Below, piece after piece: positions 23,784 to 29,703 of a stretch of DNA of 29,703 nt. A program made the position numbers and the translations under genes. The notes under the pieces were generated by a model. It had not been told where the DNA came from. It saw only the letters and a program-made list of their open reading frames with translations, and searched no databases. Source of the stretch: a virus (Duplodnaviria > Caudoviricetes); IMG/VR virus record IMGVR_UViG_3300012953_000144, positions 1 through 29,703 of that record, one strand, 5' to 3'. Numbering within the stretch: the stretch's first letter is position 1; each line of letters opens with the position of its first letter.

Positions 23784-24752
23784 ATGAGCAGCGATTATTC
23801 AGAAACTAATCAAGAGCTAACTGTCTGTAGTAGTGACTACGATTCCGACGAAGATTCTAAACAGAATGAAGTTAAAGAGCAAATAAGACGAGATGTCTTT
23901 ACAACTGAAGCCGAAGCAAATGCAAGAGCGGAGGAGATCGGTTGCGTTGGTAGTCATTCACACGATGAAGATGGAAATGAAATCTTCATGCCTTGCGAAA
24001 CCCATGATGAATACGTTGAGCTAGTCGGAAGAGACGTAACGGGTTACAAGCCTAAAAAACCAAACAAAAAAGAAGAGAGCGAAGAGATTGAAAGTGAATA
24101 TCTAGACGTTCTCTCTGAAATCAAAGCGTACGAGGAAGATGAAGACGACAAACAATATGGTCGTTTTGAAGGGTACGCATCAGTATTTAATAACACCGAT
24201 CTTGGTAACGATGTCATCAAGACGGGCGCATTCAAAAAATCCCTTCGGGCGCGAGGCGTCAAGGGAATCAAACTTCTTTATCAACATAAGTCAGATATGC
24301 CCATAGGCATACTTGAAGATATTAAAGAAGACAATAACGGATTATATGTGAAGGGTAGACTTGCGTTGAAGACAACGGCAGGTCGTGACGCTTATGAACT
24401 TCTCAAGATGGGAGCGATTGATGGAATGTCAATCGGGTTCAGAGCAAATCCTGATGAGGTTTCTTACGACAAGCGTTCAAGAAAACGCATGATCGGTGAG
24501 GTAGATTTAATGGAAGTATCTCTCGTTACATTTCCGATGAATCCTAGCGCAAGGATTCGTAGTGTGAAAGGCGAGGTTATTTCTATTAGGGAATGGGAAA
24601 ACGGAATGCGAGACGCTTTCTCTCTTTCTCGTTCAGAAGCAAAAATGGCAGCAAAAGCTGTACATGAAGTATTTATTCAACGAGATGTTGAGCAAAATAC
24701 TGAATTGGTAGACGCCATTAAACACTTAACTTTAACCTTAAAAAATATCTAA
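23784..24752 (+). CDS. HK97-family prohead protease with N-terminal Cys/His domain
   Basis: FEGYASVF, LLYQH, PIG, GMSIGF, EVSLVTFPMN. Confidence 0.95.
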   Translation: MSSDYSETNQELTVCSSDYDSDEDSKQNEVKEQIRRDVFTTEAEANARAEEIGCVGSHSHDEDGNEIFMPCETHDEYVELVGRDVTGYKPKKPNKKEESEEIESEYLDVLSEIKAYEEDEDDKQYGRFEGYASVFNNTDLGNDVIKTGAFKKSLRARGVKGIKLLYQHKSDMPIGILEDIKEDNNGLYVKGRLALKTTAGRDAYELLKMGAIDGMSIGFRANPDEVSYDKRSRKRMIGEVDLMEVSLVTFPMNPSARIRSVKGEVISIREWENGMRDAFSLSRSEAKMAAKAVHEVFIQRDVEQNTELVDAIKHLTLTLKNI

Positions 24753-24763
24753 TAGGAGGCATT

Positions 24764-25981
24764 ATGTCAGAAGATATTAAATCGGTTATCAGTGAGTTAG
24801 GTCAGACGTTTCAAGAGTTCAAGAAAACGAATGACGAGCGCATTGATAAGATTGAAAAAGGCGAAAGTGTGGATGCTTTACTGGAGAGCAAGTTAGAAAA
24901 CATCAACGCGAAGTTGGACGAACTAGCAGATAGTAAAGAAGCCATACATGAAGCCAAAGAGCAGAGTGCTCAAATCAATGAAAAGGTAGCAAAGATTGAA
25001 ACTGTTCTTTCAAGACCAGGATCAGGACTTGATGCGAAAAGCATTGACGAGCATACGGCAGCATTTGACAAGTATTGCAGAAAAGGCATTGATAATCTTG
25101 ATCAAATGGAAAAGAAAGCGTTGACTGTCAGTAATGACAGCACAGGCGGATATTTAGCACCACCTGAGTACGTGAGAGAGTTACTTAAAACAGTAACTGA
25201 AATCTCGCCTATTCGTGGCTTAGCTAGAGTTCGTTCTACTGGGCAAAGAAGCATCCAAGTTCCTAAAAGAACAGGACAATTCGCAGCACAGTGGGTCGCT
25301 GAAAGCGGTACCAGAAGCGAAACAACTGGTTACACAGTAGGCCTTGAAGAAATCCCTGCGCACGAGCAATACGCTCTGGTGGACATTTCTGAGCAAGACC
25401 TAGAAGACACAGTCTTCAACTTAGAAGCAGAAATGCAATCTGAGTTCAGTGAGCAGTTCGCTAAAGCTGAAGGTGCAGCGTTCGTAAGCGGTGATGCTGT
25501 TGGTAAGCCAGAAGGTCTATTGACTAACTCTAATGTTAGCTCAGTAAACTCTGGTCATGCGTCAACATTGTTGGCAGACGGACTAATCACTTTAGTACAC
25601 AGCATTAAGTCTGAGTACGGAAGGAATGGTACGTTTGTATTCAACAGAAGCACATTAGCTGCCATCAGAAAGCTGAAAGATACTGCAGGTCAGTATGTAT
25701 TTCAGGCCAACATGTCCTTAACTGGCGGAGCCACAGGAACTATCCTTGGTTATCCTTTCGTTGAGGCAACAGATATGCCAGATGTAGGTGCGGGTGCTAA
25801 GCCCATCATCTTCGGTGATTTCAACAGGGCATATATGATTGTTGATAGGGTGTCTCTTGCAGTATTGCGTGACCCATTCACTCAAGCTACAACTGGTAAT
25901 GTTAGATACATTGCTAGACGTAGGGTAGGTGGACAGGTCGTTCAAGCAGAGGCGATAGTTAAACAAAACATCTCAGCGTAA
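24764..25981 (+). CDS. HK97-fold major capsid protein with N-terminal delta domain
   Basis: Coiled-coil N-terminus, GGYL.P, F..G.G..KP.G, LKD..G.Y, I.FGDF, R.GG. AGGAGG RBS. Confidence 0.96.
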   Translation: MSEDIKSVISELGQTFQEFKKTNDERIDKIEKGESVDALLESKLENINAKLDELADSKEAIHEAKEQSAQINEKVAKIETVLSRPGSGLDAKSIDEHTAAFDKYCRKGIDNLDQMEKKALTVSNDSTGGYLAPPEYVRELLKTVTEISPIRGLARVRSTGQRSIQVPKRTGQFAAQWVAESGTRSETTGYTVGLEEIPAHEQYALVDISEQDLEDTVFNLEAEMQSEFSEQFAKAEGAAFVSGDAVGKPEGLLTNSNVSSVNSGHASTLLADGLITLVHSIKSEYGRNGTFVFNRSTLAAIRKLKDTAGQYVFQANMSLTGGATGTILGYPFVEATDMPDVGAGAKPIIFGDFNRAYMIVDRVSLAVLRDPFTQATTGNVRYIARRRVGGQVVQAEAIVKQNISA

Positions 25982-25991
25982 GGGGGACATA

Positions 25992-26423
25992 ATGAAAGAT
26001 TTAGCAAATAATATTGCAGTGATCCAATCATTGGCTCCTGCTGTGAGAACCGCAGACGCTAATGGTACTGGAGTAGACCTTCAAGGTTTTGAAAGTGCTA
26101 TGGTGTTGGTTGATATGGGTGCAGAGGGAGATACTCTGTCTACTTCAGTCAAGATTGATTTCAAACTTGAAGAGAGTTCAGACAACAGTACTTTCACCGC
26201 AGTTTCATCAAGCACAGCGGTTACAGAAGGAACAGTAGACAGCGACGGCATTTTTGCAACTTTTGATGCAAATGGCGAAGCTCCTGCTGTTGCCACCATC
26301 GGTTATGTCGGCGGTGCAAGGTATATCAGAGTTGTTGCAGACCACACAGGTACGCACAGCAATGGTACTCCTTACGGCGTTAGCGTAGTCAAGGGTGCAG
26401 CTAGACACAGCAGCGATGCTTAA
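25992..26423 (+). CDS. Putative capsid decoration/cement protein
   Basis: Beta-rich (GVDL.G, L.ES.D...FT.V, GY.G..RYIRV), between the major capsid gene and its terminator. Confidence 0.55.
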   Translation: MKDLANNIAVIQSLAPAVRTADANGTGVDLQGFESAMVLVDMGAEGDTLSTSVKIDFKLEESSDNSTFTAVSSSTAVTEGTVDSDGIFATFDANGEAPAVATIGYVGGARYIRVVADHTGTHSNGTPYGVSVVKGAARHSSDA

Positions 26424-26435
26424 TTGTGTTAACTC

Positions 26436-26471
26436 AGAGGTCGGGGAGGCAACTCCCCTTCCTCTTTTTTT
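26436..26471 (+). terminator. Rho-independent terminator
   Basis: GAGGtcGGGGAG-GCAA-CTCCCCttCCTC followed by T7, with a GNRA loop. Confidence 0.9.
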
Positions 26472-26488
26472 GAAAAGGAAGGTAAGTT

Positions 26489-26845
26489 ATGGCGTATAAA
26501 ATTTTAGTACCTAAACCAGCAGCTTCCAATTCACACGGGACGGAGACAAAATTGTATGAAGCGGGTGAAGTGGTTGATGCTAAAGAAGATTGGCAGAAAT
26601 CAATCATGGACTCGTTCGTAGACAATGGATGGGCGATTGAAACGAAAGACGTTCAATCTGAGAATGTTGTAGAAGAAGGCGAAGTAGAGCCTGTTGAAGA
26701 GCCTAAAAGGGCAAGAGACGACAAAGGACACTACAAAGCTGATGACCCTTCAACTCCTGAAGTGAATGAAGCATATGAGGGTGGTAAAGCTCCTAAGAAG
26801 AAACGCACTTACAAGAAAAGAACGACTAAGAAAAAAGATTCTTAA
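26489..26845 (+). CDS. Hypothetical virion-associated protein
   Basis: AGGAAGGT RBS. Acidic middle, RARDDKGHYKADDPSTPEVNEAY motif, Lys-rich tail. Confidence 0.65.
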   Translation: MAYKILVPKPAASNSHGTETKLYEAGEVVDAKEDWQKSIMDSFVDNGWAIETKDVQSENVVEEGEVEPVEEPKRARDDKGHYKADDPSTPEVNEAYEGGKAPKKKRTYKKRTTKKKDS

Positions 26846-26920
26846 GTCAAAGAGTGTTAATATTAGGTATGCAGAAGCATAGGATGGTAGATGCCATGAC
26901 GACTATAGGAATATGTATTT

Positions 26921-27274
26921 ATGAGCGCAGGCTATCATCATTTTGTAATAGAACAAGGAGCGACATTCGGTCAGACGTTGACCTTAAAAGACTCTTCTGA
27001 TTCCCTCATCAATTTGACTGGGTACACCTCTGCCGAAATGGATTTGAGGACTGACCCTGAACAATCAAGCACTGTTCTCACTCTCACCACAGGCAACAGC
27101 CGAATAGCATTAGGCGGTACTGCGGGTACTGTCACATTAACTCTCACAGCAAGCGAAACAGATGCCTTGACTGCGGGAGACGGATATTACGATTTAGAAA
27201 TAACAAACTCTGCGGGATTCGTAACTCGGCTACTTGAGGGAACCTACAGCGTCAGGAGGAACGTGTCTAGATGA
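26921..27274 (+). CDS. Virion structural protein (Ig-like, BppU-N/LtfC-like)
   Basis: I.QGATF...L, NLTGY.....R, G.V.L.L.A..T..L, YDLE, RLLEG...V. Confidence 0.65.
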   Translation: MSAGYHHFVIEQGATFGQTLTLKDSSDSLINLTGYTSAEMDLRTDPEQSSTVLTLTTGNSRIALGGTAGTVTLTLTASETDALTAGDGYYDLEITNSAGFVTRLLEGTYSVRRNVSR

Positions 27275-29703
27275 GCACAGTAAATAGCATAACTGTTTCT
27301 GACGTTTCCAATATATCGGTAACGACAGTAGGAACACAAGGTGTTGCGGGACCGAATACAATACTTGGTAGGTCGGTCGCAGACAGCACAGCTTCAACCG
27401 CAGGAAGCCTTTTAGTTTATGATCACGGAAATACTCAATGGGTAGATTCGCAATCAACAGCAGCGCAATCCCTGACGGCCAAATTATATAATCTTCAATT
27501 CACTACTGGTGGTGCTTCTGTTACAGGAATACTTGATGAAGATAACATGGGTAGTAACAGCAATACTAAACTTGCTACTCAACAATCAATAAAAAGCTAT
27601 GTTGACGCTCAGAACGCAGCACAGGCCATCAGCTTCCAAGGAGATACTGGCGGTAATCAAAGCGTAACGATCAACTCAGAAGTCATGAACATCCTTGGCG
27701 GGACAGGTCTTGACTCAGTAGGTAGTGATGACACGATAACCTTCAACATTGACTCAACAGTTACTACTCTAACTGGAACGCAAACATTAACTAATAAAAC
27801 GCTTACGAGTCCTGTAATCAACACAGGGGATATCAATAACCCTGATATTGACGGAGGTAGTTTAGTAGGCGCAGCGATTGATAACTCAGTCATTGGGGCG
27901 AATACTGCCGTAGCCATCACGGGTACTGTTATCACCGCTACGAGTTTTGTAATAGGTAACGCGACGATCACGGAAGCTGAACTTGAGATACTTGATGGCG
28001 CAACTCTAACTACAGCTGAAATAAATCTACTTGACGGGACTACAACAGGAACAGTAGTTGCTTCCAAAGCATTAGCCGTAGACTCAAACAAAGACATAAC
28101 AGGGTTCAGGAATGTAACTCTAACAGGGGAACTTGACGCAGGAAGCCTTGATGTTTCAGGTGATGCCGATATAGACGGAACGCTTGAAGCCGACGCTATC
28201 ACGGTCAACGGAACAGCTTTAGCAGAAGTAATACAAGATACCGTAGGCGGTATGATCACAAGCAATACCGAGTCAGGTATAGCTGTCACATACGAAGACT
28301 CAGACGGGACGCTTGACTTCAATGTTGACGATTTCACGATTTCTTTAGCAGGGGATTTGTCAGGCTCCGTAACTATTACGGACTTAGCAAGTGCTTCACT
28401 TACGGCCACTATAGTAAATAATGCCGTAGCGTTAGGGACTGATACGACAGGAAATTATGTAGCCACTATAACGCAGAGCAACACAGGTATTGATGTTGCA
28501 AACTCTGGAAGCGAAACAGCAGCGATAACACTAGGCCTGAACACAGAGCATGTTCAAGATTTAGTTGGAGCGATGTTCAGTAGTAATACTGAAAGTGGTA
28601 TAGCGGTTACCTACCAAGATTCAGATGGGACAATAGACCTAGATGTTGATGACTTTGACATAACTCTTAGTGGAGATGTTGCAGGTAGCGGGACTATCAC
28701 TAACTTAGGTGATGTCACCATATCAACGACCATACAGGCTAATTCGGTGGCTCTTGGTACTGATACAACGGGTAACTACGTTGCTACGATTTCCGCAGGA
28801 GAAGGAATAGATGTTTCTGGAAGTGGTAGTGAGTCTGCAGGAGTTACTATCAGCGCGGAAGATGCCACCGACTCTAACAAAGGTATCGCCTCATTTGATG
28901 CAACAGACTTCACAGTTAGTTCAGGTGATGTAACTGTCAACGCAGAAAGAATCCAAGATATTGTAGGAGCTATGCTTTCCTCAAACACGGAAAGCGGTAT
29001 ATCACTAACGTATCAAGATAGTGACGGAACCATAGATGCGAACGTAGATGATTTCACTATTACTCTCGCGGGTGATCTTGGAGGTTCAGTAACAGTAACA
29101 GATTTAGCATCGGGAACGCTGACAGCAACGATACAAGCAAACTCAGTTGCGTTAGGCACAGATACTACAGGGAACTATGTCGCTACGATTGCTGATTCAG
29201 GCGATGGCACGATAACAGTTGCCAATAGTGGCTCTGAGTCAGCAGCAGTAACGCTAGACGTTGCAGATGATTCTATAGGCAACAACCACATTAAAAATAA
29301 TGCTGTTACTTTAGGGACACAAAGTACAGGAAACTACGTTGCAACTATTGCTGGAACGTCAAACGAGATAACTGTTTCAGGCTCAGGCTCAGAGACCGCA
29401 GCTGTAACTATCTCGCTACCTGATGATGTAACGATAGGTAACGATTTAACAGTTACTACAGATGCAACAGTAAGCCAAGACCTAACAGTTACGAGAGATA
29501 TAGCAGTAGGTAGAAACGCCGTAATCACTGGCAACCTAACTGTAAACGGAACAACAACGACAATAAACACAGCGAACCTTGACGTTGAAGATACTACGAT
29601 AAGGTTTGCAAAGAATGCCTCGTCATTAGCAGCTACGGACGGAGCGGGACTTGAGTTTGGTGGTTCAACAAGCAAGCCTACTATACTTTGGAACAACACG
29701 GCA
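27271..29703 (+). CDS. Long repeat-rich tail fibre / baseplate protein (3'-truncated, >810 aa, not in ORF track)
   Basis: ATGA overlap with the upstream gene; no stop seen in the in-frame stretches translated. Motifs DEDNM.S.S...LATQQSIK.YVD, QTLTNKTLTSP, GNLTVNGTTTTIN. Confidence 0.85.
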   Translation, partial: MSTVNSITVSDVSNISVTTVGTQGVAGPNTILGRSVADSTASTAGSLLVYDHGNTQWVDSQSTAAQSLTAKLYNLQFTTGGASVTGILDEDNMGSNSNTKLATQQSIKSYVDAQNAAQAISFQGDTGGNQSVTINSEVMNILGGTGLDSVGSDDTITFNIDSTVTTLTGTQTLTNKTLTSPVINTGDINNPDIDGGSLVGAAIDNSVIGANTAVAITGTVITATSFVIGNATITEAELEILDGATLTTAEINLLDGTTTGTVVASKALAVDSNKDITGFRNVTLTGELDAGSLDVSGDADIDGTLEADAITVNGTALAEVIQDTVGGMITSNTESGIAVTYEDSDGTLDFNVDDFTISLAGDLSGSVTITDLASASLTATIVNNAVALGTDTTGNYVATITQSNTGIDVANSGSETAAITLGLNTEHVQDLVGAMFSSNTESGIAVTYQDSDGTIDLDVDDFDITLSGDVAGSGTITNLGDVTISTTIQANSVALGTDTTGNYVATISAGEGIDVSGSGSESAGVTISAEDATDSNKGIASFDATDFTVSSGDVTVNAERIQDIVGAMLSSNTESGISLTYQDSDGTIDANVDDFTITLAGDLGGSVTVTDLASGTLTATIQANSVALGTDTTGNYVATIADSGDGTITVANSGSESAAVTLDVADDSIGNNHIKNNAVTLGTQSTGNYVATIAGTSNEITVSGSGSETAAVTISLPDDVTIGNDLTVTTDATVSQDLTVTRDIAVGRNAVITGNLTVNGTTTTINTANLDVEDTTIRFAKNASSLAATDGAGLEFGGSTSKPTILWNNTA
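28231..29410 (+). repeat. Protein-level tandem repeats in fibre gene
   Basis: QD.VG.M..SNTESGI..TY.DSDGT.D..VDDF at 28231, 28552, 28951. (A/T)LGT..TGNYVATI...SGSE.A at 28429, 28750, 29149, 29308. Confidence 0.9.

Noticed and set aside
315-26625. Other short antisense or nested ORFs in the track (e.g. 315-557, 1508-1864, 5431-5700, 9087-9401, 18629-18904, 19209-19541, 21984-22244)
   Set aside because: They overlap well-supported genes or promoter cassettes and have no recognisable motifs.
26846-26920. Structured RNA/riboswitch in the intergenic gap (ATGG-TAGATG-CCAT hairpin)
   Set aside because: The stem is too short and matches no family I can recognise. An Infernal/Rfam scan would be needed.
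28231-29410. Diversity-generating retroelement TR/VR pair
   Set aside because: The repeats are in-frame within one gene, differ mostly at synonymous sites rather than adenines, and no reverse transcriptase is in the window.
27230-29699. Minus-strand ORFs 27230-27457, 27657-28409, 28776-28988, 29334-29699
   Set aside because: Antisense shadows of the fibre gene.

Overview
A 29.7-kb stretch of a tailed dsDNA phage genome (Caudoviricetes, HK97-type head). The host is probably Gram-negative (spanins, curli secretion gene) and possibly aquatic (inference). Left to right: (1) a translationally coupled + strand run of csgG, a curlin-like protein, a FecR-like protein, a Holliday-junction resolvase-like nuclease and a CHASE2 class III adenylate cyclase, leading straight into a lysis cassette (spanins, holin, SNase nuclease, lysozyme); (2) a - strand early region with small ORFs, ArdC and a Red-like recombination module; (3) a Cro-like regulator and a DNA hypermodification cluster (ParB-like protein, TET/JBP dioxygenase, P-loop DNA kinase, convergent amino acid:DNA transferase and methyltransferase-like gene); (4) replication genes (Twinkle-like primase-helicase, initiator with internal iteron-like repeats, GIY-YIG); (5) terminase, extended portal, head genes and the start of a long repeat-rich fibre protein. 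A conserved ~60-bp promoter/operator cassette recurs 3-4 times. No integrase, tRNA or CRISPR array was seen. The strongest candidates for a new system are the curli-FecR-cyclase signalling module and the TET-kinase-transferase-methyltransferase pathway. All calls come from motif recognition by eye; no searches were run.
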